From Lentisphaerota bacterium (lineage in GTDB: Bacteria; Verrucomicrobiota; Kiritimatiellia; RFP12; JAAYNR01): 64,000 bases of DNA. Numbering within the stretch: the stretch's first letter is position 1; the number at the start of each line of letters is the position of its first letter. A program made the position numbers and the translations under genes. The notes beneath the pieces are model-generated. The model was not told where the DNA came from, did no database searches, and saw only the letters and a list, made by a program, of their open reading frames with translations. Positions 26,873-36,633 of the stretch are shown here, piece by piece. The stretch spans positions 3,626-67,625 of the forward strand of contig VGWG01000003.1 in the NCBI GenBank assembly GCA_016873675.1, in the 5' to 3' direction.

Positions 26873-29800
26873 TCACTGCGGCGCGGTGCGCGCGGCGCGC
26901 GCGCCAAAACGGCCGGTGCGGTCACAGTCAATACGATTAAACTTACCGAGCACCTCGTACATCTGCTCCGGCTGGACCCAGATCCCGATAATGGACGGTC
27001 CCTGCCACTGCCCCATGGAGACGCTGTCGCCCATGGCCGACCAGGGCCAGTCGTCCGGCACCGTGGCGATCCCCTTTCCATGGGTTCCCGCAAACGCCTT
27101 GGCGGGACCGCCATAACTCCGAATCAAAGCGGGCCATTCCTGCACACAGCCACTCAGGCTCAGATCCGGAATGCCCCAGTAGGAGGCGCCATAGTTCCCG
27201 AACGTCTTCGCCAGGCTGGGATCGGTCCCGAGCCCGACCGCAGGGCCGCATACCGCGCCCGTCCAGGCATCCGCTTCTCGCGCCACCGCCCGTGGCCCGC
27301 GACACGCCTTTTCATATTCCAGGCACGTCGGCGGACGCAACCCCGCCCAGGCCGTATAGGAAATGATATCAGGCCAGGACAGAAAGTTGCAGGGACGTTC
27401 CGGTTGCTTCGCGACAAACACCCCGTCCTCCGTGCGCGTAATGGTGTAGCCGTTGATGTCGGTGAGGTCGAGTCCGTAGCGCCAGACGTTCCCATTGCAC
27501 AGCGCGGTGTACCGTCCATGGTTATAGGCATAGGGCTTCTCACCGGGATTCGCGGTATTGAGCAGCGCCACGTACTGTCCCTGGCTGATCGGGTTCTTCA
27601 TGACGTAAAAGGCGCGGTAGCCATTCGGCCACGTCGCCCTCTCCGGCGCGCTGTTGGTCGCGCCCAAATACCCGCCCTCCCGTGTGGCGTCCGCCGTGTT
27701 GATCAGCGTCAACGGCCCACCAAAAACGCTTTTTGACTGGAACGGCCCTTCTGGCACGTAAACCATCTCGACGGCATAAACCTCGGGCTTGATCGTGGCG
27801 GGATCGGTGACGCCATCGGCAGTGTGTAACCAACGAACGGCAATGTTCTTGAACGCATTCGCCCCCCGTCCGACGGTTTTCCGAGAGATGAAAACCCCCA
27901 TGCCGCGCGCGCCATCGTCACTCGCGCCGACTTGCAGGGCGGCATCCGCCGGAACCGCGTGGTGCGTGGCATCCGTGTCGAGCGTGGCGTGCGAGAACGC
28001 GCTCGCCCCAGGGGGCAGGAACTTGACGAAAACCCAGGCGGCGTCCCAGCTTTCGATTTTGAGCGGCTTCCCCGTCACGTTTTTGTCGGCCGGCTCCTCC
28101 CATGCCGCGCGCCAGGAGTTGTCCCATGCGAGGTCGAACGTGATCGTGCGGAAGGGCTCCGCACCGGCCGTCACTTTGATATTCGTAACCTTGACGGAAT
28201 CCGCATGCGTAACCGCGACAGGCGCCGCTGTCGCAACGGGGCCTGGCTTCGGCGAGCCCCCGCCGCCGGAACGACGCCGCGGGCCGGACGGACCCACCAG
28301 GCGAATGGCGTTGCGCGCGTGTCGAGTGCCGCCCATGTGTTCGCCCCCAATCCAGGTCCGTTCCGAGATCAGAGCCCCCCTCATTCCCGTATGCGTTGGC
28401 TCACCCCACTCTTTCGGAGCCGTTTCAAAGGCGGGGGCGTTTTTGATTCGTTTCGGCGGGGCACCGGGCTTGCCGGCCGGCGTTCGGCCGTCACCCGGCG
28501 TACCGCGAAACGCACGCCCCGCGAGACTGCCGATCCGAAAGGCTTGTATTTCCGCGAAGTCCGGGAGTCCCCAATAAGTCGCACCGGCAGATTGCCGGTC
28601 ACTGTCGGCGGTCAGCATATTCCCCACGCGGGTTGCTTGGCCTTCGTCCAGAATCAGCCCGCCATCATACCGTTCGGTAGGCATGCCGAGATCGAGCACT
28701 TTGTTGCCCTTCTTCCATTTTTTGGTGAGGGCCTTGTTGTCGCTCACCTCACCCCAGGTCAATTCCCGGACCACGGCGCGGGCCGGGCCGCGACACGCCT
28801 TTTCGAACTCCAGCTCCGTCATCGGCCGCAACCCCGCCCAAACCGCGTACGAGAAGTAGTCTGCCGTGGAGAGATAACTGCAGCGGCGGAACGGCAGACG
28901 GGCGGTGTACACCGGCGGCTTGACATACTTCGAACGGGGATCCGCCATCGCATCGGCTAGAAACGCATGATCACCGTCCATCGTCTCGGACGCGTCCGGC
29001 TTCCCGGCCATGGTCTCCAACTTCGGAGCGGTGGCCGGCGCTTCCGCCGAAGAATGGATCGTGAATCCATCCAGTTCCCGCACAACAAAAGACGAGTGAC
29101 CGGCGATCCCTGGCATCGTGATCTCTTCCATGTCGCCCATACCGCCCTCGGGGTCCCAGCTGTCGCCGCTGATGAAGGCGCGGGTGGCGGCGACATCGGG
29201 CGGAAGCGAATTCAGAAAATCGGCGTACTGACCCTGTGTCGTCGGGTATTTCATACAATAGAAACCCTCGTAGCCGGTTGGATATTCGTCGTTCAGCGTG
29301 CCGGGCGTTCCGATGGACGTGCCGCCGGCCATTCGTTCCGCGTAAGTAAGTGTGCCCCAGAGTTGGCCGGCGACCGGGCCCAATCGCCGCGCGCGGGTTC
29401 CGTCGGCCACAGGTTTGTTCCACTCGGCATCGACCAAGAACGGAATCGTCGGGCCTCCGCGCCATGCGCCATCGGTCAGATTTCCGAGCGGATATCCATC
29501 AGCCGATTTAGCAACGGGCACTGTTGGTCCGTCCGTAAATGGAGGAAAGCCCGGATCGGCGCCGCATCCGACTCGGAACGGCCCTTCGGGCACATAGATC
29601 ATCGCCACCACATGCGCCTTGATCGCGGCCTGGGTCGGGTCCACTTTGTCGGTTCCGTGCAACCACCGCAGTTTTACACCCTTGAAGTTGTTCGCGCCAT
29701 GCCCGATCGCAGCGCGGTGAATATAGACCCCGAGTCCGCGGTCCCCCCCGATCGTCACGCCGACGGTGTTGGTCGCCCCGGCGGGCATCACGTGATGTGA

Positions 29801-30202
29801 GCCATCGGTGTCAAGAGACGCATGTTGCCAGTGGTTCCGTTCGATGCTCTCCTTGGAATCCTTATTGGGCAGGAACTTCAGAAACACCCAGGCGGCATCC
29901 CAGTTCTCGACTTCGATATCCTTGCCCGTGCAACTCGTTGCGGCTGGCTCGACCCACTTTGCCCGCCAGGACCATGACCACGACAGGTCAAACGTCACAT
30001 AACTGTAGTCCTTCGTCGCGGCCTCCCATTTCACGTTCGTGACCGCCAGGTCATAGGTCGGCGCGCCCTTGAACCGAGCGGCGGCATCGTCGTCGGCCGC
30101 GAGGCACGATGCGCCCAGCCACAACACCAACCCCGTCGTCAGTCTCACTACCCCGCGTGCGATTGGACTCCTGCCCCCCGTTGGATCATTCATCTCTCTC
30201 AT
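26873..30202 (-). CDS. Secreted protein with two WDAAW + FGE/SUMF1-like (C-type lectin fold) modules
   Basis: Signal peptide; WDAAWVF, M(I/V)YVPEGPF, WAGLRP(M/P)T.LE(F/Y)EKACRGP and A(T/S)YWG each occur twice. Confidence 0.85.
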   Translation of the reverse strand: MREMNDPTGGRSPIARGVVRLTTGLVLWLGASCLAADDDAAARFKGAPTYDLAVTNVKWEAATKDYSYVTFDLSWSWSWRAKWVEPAATSCTGKDIEVENWDAAWVFLKFLPNKDSKESIERNHWQHASLDTDGSHHVMPAGATNTVGVTIGGDRGLGVYIHRAAIGHGANNFKGVKLRWLHGTDKVDPTQAAIKAHVVAMIYVPEGPFRVGCGADPGFPPFTDGPTVPVAKSADGYPLGNLTDGAWRGGPTIPFLVDAEWNKPVADGTRARRLGPVAGQLWGTLTYAERMAGGTSIGTPGTLNDEYPTGYEGFYCMKYPTTQGQYADFLNSLPPDVAATRAFISGDSWDPEGGMGDMEEITMPGIAGHSSFVVRELDGFTIHSSAEAPATAPKLETMAGKPDASETMDGDHAFLADAMADPRSKYVKPPVYTARLPFRRCSYLSTADYFSYAVWAGLRPMTELEFEKACRGPARAVVRELTWGEVSDNKALTKKWKKGNKVLDLGMPTERYDGGLILDEGQATRVGNMLTADSDRQSAGATYWGLPDFAEIQAFRIGSLAGRAFRGTPGDGRTPAGKPGAPPKRIKNAPAFETAPKEWGEPTHTGMRGALISERTWIGGEHMGGTRHARNAIRLVGPSGPRRRSGGGGSPKPGPVATAAPVAVTHADSVKVTNIKVTAGAEPFRTITFDLAWDNSWRAAWEEPADKNVTGKPLKIESWDAAWVFVKFLPPGASAFSHATLDTDATHHAVPADAALQVGASDDGARGMGVFISRKTVGRGANAFKNIAVRWLHTADGVTDPATIKPEVYAVEMVYVPEGPFQSKSVFGGPLTLINTADATREGGYLGATNSAPERATWPNGYRAFYVMKNPISQGQYVALLNTANPGEKPYAYNHGRYTALCNGNVWRYGLDLTDINGYTITRTEDGVFVAKQPERPCNFLSWPDIISYTAWAGLRPPTCLEYEKACRGPRAVAREADAWTGAVCGPAVGLGTDPSLAKTFGNYGASYWGIPDLSLSGCVQEWPALIRSYGGPAKAFAGTHGKGIATVPDDWPWSAMGDSVSMGQWQGPSIIGIWVQPEQMYEVLGKFNRIDCDRTGRFGARAARTAPQ

Positions 30203-30352
30203 CCTTTCCCTGTGTCGGACGGATCTGACCGAACCATCCCCCCTTCGTGGCTTTGCGGCCTTCTGTTCAATATTCTTTTCGCTCCAAATCCTTCCCTCAA
30301 TTCGATTGATTCAATTCGTAAGGGACTACGCTAAAGGATTCTTCGCCTTCCT

Positions 30353-31852
30353 TCAGGGAGCCGTGCGCACGGCGCGGAACTTGCGAAAGTCGACCCGCTC
30401 CTTGTCCACCCGTACGGCATTGAAACGGTCGGACACGCGCGCGCGATTCCATTCCGGATAGGTCGTACATCGCATGCCTGATCCGATTCCATCGTCCTGT
30501 GGCCAATCCGCCGGCAGGGCCACCGATCCAAGGCCATGAGAGCCTTTGAACTTGCGTCCCGTCGCATTGCCGACTGTCACCACGCATTCGCTCATCGTGT
30601 CCCAGCCTTTGCCCGCTTCCCAAAGCCAGACTTGGAAGGCAGAGACACCCCAATAGGATGGGCCGGCTTCTTCCGGAATGGGAGGGCGGGGCCCCCGCAC
30701 AATCTTCTCCATTTCCAGTTCCGTCATCGGGCGCAGCCCCGCCCAAGCCATGTACGCCGCCATGTCCGCCCAGAGGAGCCGTCGTAAACCCGCCCCATTC
30801 CGAGCGCCACCCGCGTGCCACGTGTACACATAATTCGGGGACACACCCGAACGCTCGATGCTCTTGATCTCCGGACTCCAGCGGGCATCCGCCTGTGCCG
30901 GAGTCAACGTTTCCAGGAACTCGGCATAGCGCCGGGGCGTGAGGTGCTGCTTCATACAGTAAAAGGCCCGATAACCGTTGGGGAAAGCGGCAGGAATCTC
31001 GCCGCCGTCCTCCGGTTGGACGCTCTGCGCCCAGAGCTTGCCCGGCTGACGTCCGGTCGGGATCGCGTCAGCGCTCTTCACGCGGTACGGTGGATTACTC
31101 AAGCCATCCTCCGTATAGGCGTAGAACACACCTGTCTCTGTGCCGCCGGTGCCCAGGTAGAACGGCCCTTCAGCCACGTAGACCATTTCGAGGCCAAACG
31201 CCCGGATCTGCGCCCGCTGAATATCAGGGATATCCGGGATGCTCGTCAGGTCCAGAATCGCCGTAACGCCTCGGGCCTCGGCCCGACCTGCACCGTTCTT
31301 TGCCCGCCGCAGAAACAGACCCGTGAACCCGCCTGCCCCGAGCCCCGTCGAGGGATCATTGCCACGCGGCACAAGAAACTCCAACTGTGTCTCAACGCGC
31401 TCACGCGCAAAGAAGTCGAGACTGCGCTCCATGTCGCCCGACTTGCCGAAATCCGCCCGTCCCAGAAGATACCACGGCAGGAAACCGTCATTACTCGGCT
31501 GGGCAGACGGGGGTGTCGCCTGACCATAGCCTTTTGGGTTCAGCACCCGGTCGGCAGCCAGGCGGACGTGGCGCCATTCCGCCTGGGGATCATTGGCCCG
31601 AACCTTGAAAAAGACCCACGCCGCGTCGTGGTTGACCTCGTGGCGCCAGGAGCCATCCCAGGTAATGTCGAAACGAATCGTTGCGGTCTTGGCGTCACGC
31701 GCAACAACCGTCAGGTTCGTGAATCGCACTTCCGGGTCAAAGTGTCCCTCTGCGTGCACAGGCGAGACCGGAAAGGCCAGTTTGGAGGCCAGCAGCGCGC
31801 AAGCGATCCGGGCATAGGCAACGAACAAACGTTTGCCAGGCAATAGATTCAT
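30353..31852 (-). CDS. Secreted protein with one WDAAW + FGE/SUMF1-like module
   Basis: Signal peptide (VHA); NHDAAWVFFK, EMVYVAEG, WAGLRPMTELE, FRAVRTAP. Confidence 0.85.
   Translation of the reverse strand: MNLLPGKRLFVAYARIACALLASKLAFPVSPVHAEGHFDPEVRFTNLTVVARDAKTATIRFDITWDGSWRHEVNHDAAWVFFKVRANDPQAEWRHVRLAADRVLNPKGYGQATPPSAQPSNDGFLPWYLLGRADFGKSGDMERSLDFFARERVETQLEFLVPRGNDPSTGLGAGGFTGLFLRRAKNGAGRAEARGVTAILDLTSIPDIPDIQRAQIRAFGLEMVYVAEGPFYLGTGGTETGVFYAYTEDGLSNPPYRVKSADAIPTGRQPGKLWAQSVQPEDGGEIPAAFPNGYRAFYCMKQHLTPRRYAEFLETLTPAQADARWSPEIKSIERSGVSPNYVYTWHAGGARNGAGLRRLLWADMAAYMAWAGLRPMTELEMEKIVRGPRPPIPEEAGPSYWGVSAFQVWLWEAGKGWDTMSECVVTVGNATGRKFKGSHGLGSVALPADWPQDDGIGSGMRCTTYPEWNRARVSDRFNAVRVDKERVDFRKFRAVRTAP
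31331..31354. repeat. 24-bp imperfect palindrome inserted in frame (GCCTGCCCCGAGCCCCGTCGAGGG; adds PSTGLGAG)
   Basis: Absent from the paralogous module: EFVVPDGPD-GFTGVFL versus EFLVPRGND[PSTGLGAG]GFTGLFL. Confidence 0.7.
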
Positions 31853-31889
31853 AACTTTTTTCCTTTCTCCGCCAGTAACCCTCTGCTGG

Positions 31890-34800
31890 TTACTCCGGCT
31901 TGGTCACATCCAACACCAAATCATCCATAAGTTTGCCATCCTTGGCATCGCGAAACAGAACAAAGACGTTCGCCAGATTTTCGGGCTTGTCCCCATTCGC
32001 GCGACATTGAACCAGCATCGTGTTTCCGCCCTTGCGCAGGCGGAAGGTCTTCCCCTGAACGAAGTCGGAGGACTTTCGGCGTTCCTGCGCTTCGAGATGC
32101 GTATCGTACACGACATCGCCGTTGACCCAGACACGTCCGACAAAGGGCTTCGATCCAGGCGGCATGCCAAAGTCTTTACTCGCCAGCACCTTGTTGTCCA
32201 GCCAGGTCCATCCGACGGTTTCGCTCCCCACTTGAATGACCGCATCACGGTCAGCGGGCGCTGTGATGCGCGTCGCGGCGAGGACAATCGTATTCGCATC
32301 CGGCAACGGGTTGAGCTTCCCAAGCCACAGGCTGGCGCCATTTATGACCTGCTCCCAACGCTCGGGCAGTTTGCCGGACTGGAACACGTCGGCCGGTGCC
32401 GCCGCCCAGGCCGGATCATCGGATGCGGATTTTTTCTCGGGCTTCTTCATTCCGGAATTGCCCAACAATGCGTCCAGATCGTCTCCACCCCCCGGCGTCT
32501 GTGATTCATCGTTCACATCCATCGACGGACCTTTCTTCGGAAGTTGGCGTCGCCCGACCCACCACCGCGATTGAGCCCGAAGCTCTGCGGCCGTGTCGCC
32601 AGCCTGGGGAGCGCCACTGCCGACAGTAACCTGATAGCGGATCGAATAGACACCCGGGGAGACCGCCTGGCCTGGTACGGTCAAGGTTGTGCTGGCCAAG
32701 CCGCCAGGCGGGATATCGATGCGCCGATTCGTCTCGGACATCACCATACCTTGCGGCGGTTGGATCTCGATGGTCGCGGGGTGAGCGCGGTCGGTGGCAT
32801 TGGTGATCAACAGCGGCACCGCGCCACCGGTGATCACACCGACAACAGGCGGCGCCGGTGTCAACAGGGGATCTGGCAATGGCAGCCGAACCCTCTGCTC
32901 GGCCAGCACGTTGCCATCGGGCGTCTGGATCCGGCAAGACACCATCTGAACCTTGCGGATCGATCGCGCGGTCTGGCGCGTCAGCACGGTCAGTATCCGG
33001 AACGACGTACTGCTATCAGGCGCGGCTGTGAAAGCGCGCGATGCGGGTCCTTCCGGGAAACACGCGTCGGGCAGCGGCGACGCCAGTTCGACCTTCAGCG
33101 CCTTGCTTTCGGCATTGCGGAACTGTCCGGCGAGATAGAAAACGATGATGTCGGCGTTGCGCAGATCGGGCAGTGGATCCAGCTCAAGCTGGCTGTTGCT
33201 GAGCGGTTCTTTCTCTTTCTTTGCTGCCGTGGGCGCCAAGGCCGGCGCCGTACGCGCACCACGCCAGCCTTCGAAGTCATTGCTCGGAAGTGAGACGGCT
33301 TGATCGAGTATCGCGCGGCTCGTCGAGGTTTTGGAGCGGTAGGATGTGCGCGCCTGAGAGGCTTGATTGCCGAAGCAGGCGCCGCGCAGCATGATTCCAT
33401 TCCCTTCCGGCGGAGGCCAGTCGGCCGGCGCCTTCGTCACACCTCGCCCGTGCGTACCCGCGAAGCGGCGTCCGATGGCATCGCCCACCGAAACCGTCTG
33501 CTGGAATGGTCCACCGAGGTTCAGCAGCCGAATGCCCCAATATCCCGGACCGACCTCATCCGGGTTGGGTTGGCCTGGGCCGCGACAGGCTTTCTCATAT
33601 TCCAGTTCCGACATCGGCCGCAATCCCGCCCAAGCCCCGAACGCCGCGCCCTGCCACCAAGTCAACCCCACCCCTTTGGAGGGAGAGTATTTAAGGCAGA
33701 CAGGCCAATCTCCCCCGTGGAAGGCATGTGCATCCGACTGAACCTCGGACTGCATTTCGAGAAATCCGGCGAACTGGCCTTGTTTGAGCGGGAATTTCAT
33801 GCAGTAGAAAGCCTCGTAGCCAGTGGGGAACGCAGCCGGAATTTCGCCCGCATCTGTCGCGTCCGGCGTGACGCCCAAGGCCCAGAGCCGACCTTCCTGC
33901 GGACCGGTCGGGATGGCTCCGCTGTCCATAACTTGATACGGCCGTGTGTTCTGGCTGCCGTCGGTATATTGGTAGAACCGATTAGGCTCTGTCCCGCCCG
34001 ATCCCAGATAGAACGATCCCTCCGCCACATAGACCATTTCGATGCCGAAGGGTTGAATAGCGGTGTTCGGTGCCTGCGCATCGCACACGACCGTGACGCC
34101 CTTCGCCGATAGTGGCCCCGTGCCCGGCGCGGTGCGGCGCAGAAACACACCGGTGAAACCGTCCGGGCCGTCGGGCACAACGAATTCCAGCTTGGTTCCC
34201 GTCTCCTGGCCGTAGCCTGCGGGATTCAAAACCTGATCGGCGGCCAGCCTGACGTGATGCCAGTTCGTCGCGCCTTCACTGCGTGCCTTGAAGAACACCC
34301 AGGCGGCGTCATGATTGGTCGCGTTCCGCCACGATTCGTCCCAGGTAATGTCGAATCGGACCGTCGTTGTTTTGGCATCGCCTCGCTCAACCGCCACATT
34401 GTCGATGCGGAGCGCTTGATGGAACAACGTCTGCACCAGGCGCTTGAATTCGTCACGGCTCTCGGCGGGGGTGCTTGGCCTGGCAGTGCGCACACATCGA
34501 AAGCCCATGAATGATTTGTCTTTCAGTGATCCACGATCCGATACGCGCAAACAGGTTGGTGGGGACCACCAGCCGAAAACACCACATCCGCGAAGCAGAA
34601 AACTCGTCTCCCGAAGACGCCAGGCTGAATGCGTGATCGGGATGCCGTCACCATGCGTGCCCGGGAATTGACGCCCCAGTGGATTGCCGATCGTAACCGT
34701 TGGCTCAAACAGGTTTCCCGTTAACTCCATGATTCCCCAGTAGGAGGCACCCGCTCGGACCCGATCACTGTCCGGCGTGGCAAAAATTCCGCACCGTAGC

Positions 34801-36455
34801 GGCCGATTGATCTCGTTGATGGCATGGGAAACTTCTTTTCCGTTGTGCACGCTGCGCATGGTCGTCCCTGCCCAGGCGGCATTGCCGCGTTCCGCGTCGG
34901 GGCCGTTGGCGCCTTCCCAGACAACCCTTTCATTGGGCGTATAAGGGTCAACCACGGCATATCCGTCTTGAGGTGGCAGGGGCGCATTCGACCCGGCAAG
35001 CTTGTCCGTACCCCAGGCATATTCGCCGGGCACGGGCTTGAGCGGTCCGCGGCAGGCCTTCTCATATTCCAGTTCCGTCATAGGACGCAGCCCCGCCCAG
35101 GCGGCATACCGTGCGCCATCCAGATAACTGAATCCGTCGCAGGCCAGGTAGGGCGCGTCCGTGTCGTAAAGCGCCGGGGTTCCGGCAACGGCGACCTTGA
35201 TCCCGTGATGGCCAGAGCCCATGGCCCCCATCACGGCCGCTTGCTGTTTGCTGCTCAGTGTGTTGAGAAAGGCCGTGAATTCGCCCTGCGAGATTTCATA
35301 TCTCATGCAGTAGAAAGCGGCAAATCCCTTGGGAAACCCGGACGGGAGTTGCCGTCCCAGAATGCTGCTAAAGTCGTCAGCCCCGCGAATGCCGTCGCGG
35401 TTGCCAAGATACTTTGGATTCGCTCCGCCCAGCGTGAGCGCGGCTTCGCTTTCGATTCGGAACGGTTCGGTTCCGTTGCCGGCCGATAACTGGGCGGCAA
35501 CAATGGGTAACTGTTTTTTGGGGTACCCGCTAGCCGACAAATTCTCTTTCGCGGGAGGCTCCTTCTTCTTGGCCGACGGGTCGGCTTTCGGTGCAGGTTC
35601 CGACGCGCTCATTTCGTCGTCCTCGGGCGCATCTAACTCCGCCACGAGTTGGCTCTCATCGTTGGTTGCGACCACACCGTCGCCCACCCAGAAGGCCCCC
35701 TCCGGAACATAGACCATCGGAATGGCGAAAAGCGCGATCTCAATCCCATCGCTGGCGCTCTGTTTCGTCGCCGTCCCAGCTAGCGCGACATTCAACGCCT
35801 TCTCGAGATCGGGATCTCCCGCCGTGACACCCCCGCCGAAACTGGGGCCGCGCCCCCCCTTGACCTCCTGCGGGCGGGCCTTGCCCGCCGCAGCCACGGT
35901 CACCTTGTCGAGGCTGGTGACTCCATCCGCGCCGTGCAACCAGCGCAGGGTGACGCCTTTCCAGTTGTTCGGCCCGCTGCCGGGCGCATCACGATAAACA
36001 AAGACCCCGAGGCCACGCTGGCCGTCGTCGGTCGTGCCAACATCCAACCTGGCACCCGCAGGAACACCATGATGGGCGGCGTTCGTCGAGAGCGTCGCGT
36101 GCGACCACCCGTCAGCGCCAGGCTTGTGAAACTTGACGAACACCCAGGCTGCGTCCCAGTTTTCAAATTTTGCCGGACCTTTGCCGCCAAGCCTCGCATC
36201 CGGTTCGTCCCACACCGCTCGCCACGAGTGGTCCCAGGCGATGTCGAAAGCGATCATGCCGGAGCCTTTTTCGCCCGTCGGCTTGCTGATCACACTGCTG
36301 ATCCGGATGGGGTCAGCCTTGCCTGTGCCTTGAAACCGAGCGTCGGCAAAGCCTGCTTGGCCGACAGCGGGAGCCGTGGCCAACGCAAGTGCTCCGAATG
36401 CCAAGAGCAAGCCGCTGGACCGCTCCAGTTGCCGCGTGGACGATAGTTTCTTCAT
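31890..36455 (-). CDS. Large secreted protein: two WDAAW + FGE/SUMF1-like modules plus C-terminal beta-rich domains
   Basis: Signal peptide; GASYWGIMELTGNLFE, GFRCVRT, second module ending GWRGARTAP; C-terminal VWVNG...LRKGGNTMLV. Confidence 0.85.
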   Translation of the reverse strand: MKKLSSTRQLERSSGLLLAFGALALATAPAVGQAGFADARFQGTGKADPIRISSVISKPTGEKGSGMIAFDIAWDHSWRAVWDEPDARLGGKGPAKFENWDAAWVFVKFHKPGADGWSHATLSTNAAHHGVPAGARLDVGTTDDGQRGLGVFVYRDAPGSGPNNWKGVTLRWLHGADGVTSLDKVTVAAAGKARPQEVKGGRGPSFGGGVTAGDPDLEKALNVALAGTATKQSASDGIEIALFAIPMVYVPEGAFWVGDGVVATNDESQLVAELDAPEDDEMSASEPAPKADPSAKKKEPPAKENLSASGYPKKQLPIVAAQLSAGNGTEPFRIESEAALTLGGANPKYLGNRDGIRGADDFSSILGRQLPSGFPKGFAAFYCMRYEISQGEFTAFLNTLSSKQQAAVMGAMGSGHHGIKVAVAGTPALYDTDAPYLACDGFSYLDGARYAAWAGLRPMTELEYEKACRGPLKPVPGEYAWGTDKLAGSNAPLPPQDGYAVVDPYTPNERVVWEGANGPDAERGNAAWAGTTMRSVHNGKEVSHAINEINRPLRCGIFATPDSDRVRAGASYWGIMELTGNLFEPTVTIGNPLGRQFPGTHGDGIPITHSAWRLRETSFLLRGCGVFGWWSPPTCLRVSDRGSLKDKSFMGFRCVRTARPSTPAESRDEFKRLVQTLFHQALRIDNVAVERGDAKTTTVRFDITWDESWRNATNHDAAWVFFKARSEGATNWHHVRLAADQVLNPAGYGQETGTKLEFVVPDGPDGFTGVFLRRTAPGTGPLSAKGVTVVCDAQAPNTAIQPFGIEMVYVAEGSFYLGSGGTEPNRFYQYTDGSQNTRPYQVMDSGAIPTGPQEGRLWALGVTPDATDAGEIPAAFPTGYEAFYCMKFPLKQGQFAGFLEMQSEVQSDAHAFHGGDWPVCLKYSPSKGVGLTWWQGAAFGAWAGLRPMSELEYEKACRGPGQPNPDEVGPGYWGIRLLNLGGPFQQTVSVGDAIGRRFAGTHGRGVTKAPADWPPPEGNGIMLRGACFGNQASQARTSYRSKTSTSRAILDQAVSLPSNDFEGWRGARTAPALAPTAAKKEKEPLSNSQLELDPLPDLRNADIIVFYLAGQFRNAESKALKVELASPLPDACFPEGPASRAFTAAPDSSTSFRILTVLTRQTARSIRKVQMVSCRIQTPDGNVLAEQRVRLPLPDPLLTPAPPVVGVITGGAVPLLITNATDRAHPATIEIQPPQGMVMSETNRRIDIPPGGLASTTLTVPGQAVSPGVYSIRYQVTVGSGAPQAGDTAAELRAQSRWWVGRRQLPKKGPSMDVNDESQTPGGGDDLDALLGNSGMKKPEKKSASDDPAWAAAPADVFQSGKLPERWEQVINGASLWLGKLNPLPDANTIVLAATRITAPADRDAVIQVGSETVGWTWLDNKVLASKDFGMPPGSKPFVGRVWVNGDVVYDTHLEAQERRKSSDFVQGKTFRLRKGGNTMLVQCRANGDKPENLANVFVLFRDAKDGKLMDDLVLDVTKPE

Positions 36456-36539
36456 CGCATCTCCTTAACGATTCATGCGGGACATTGTTTCATTTTCGGG
36501 CTCTTTGTGCAAGGACCTTTGCAGACTCTGAATTCCAGG

Positions 36540-36569
36540 TTGACAAGCGGCGCCCGGATTCGGTAGGCT
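36540..36569 (+). promoter_or_regulatory. Putative sigma70 promoter TTGACA-18-TAGGCT
   Basis: Consensus -35 upstream of zinc-ribbon gene and rnpB. Confidence 0.55.
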
Positions 36570-36633
36570 TGCGGTCTCGTTCGTTTTCCGTCTTTTGTTC
36601 TTTTGAGTCCGCGTTAGGGAAGGATGTGGGATC

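Noticed and set aside
30203-30352. Pyrimidine-rich intergenic with short repeats (TCAATTCG x2) as CRISPR or template repeat
   Set aside because: Repeats are too short, with no repeat-spacer periodicity and no similarity to module ends
26873-36455. Complete diversity-generating retroelement
   Set aside because: CLec-like targets are present, but I saw no reverse transcriptase, Avd gene or TR/VR repeat pair in the window
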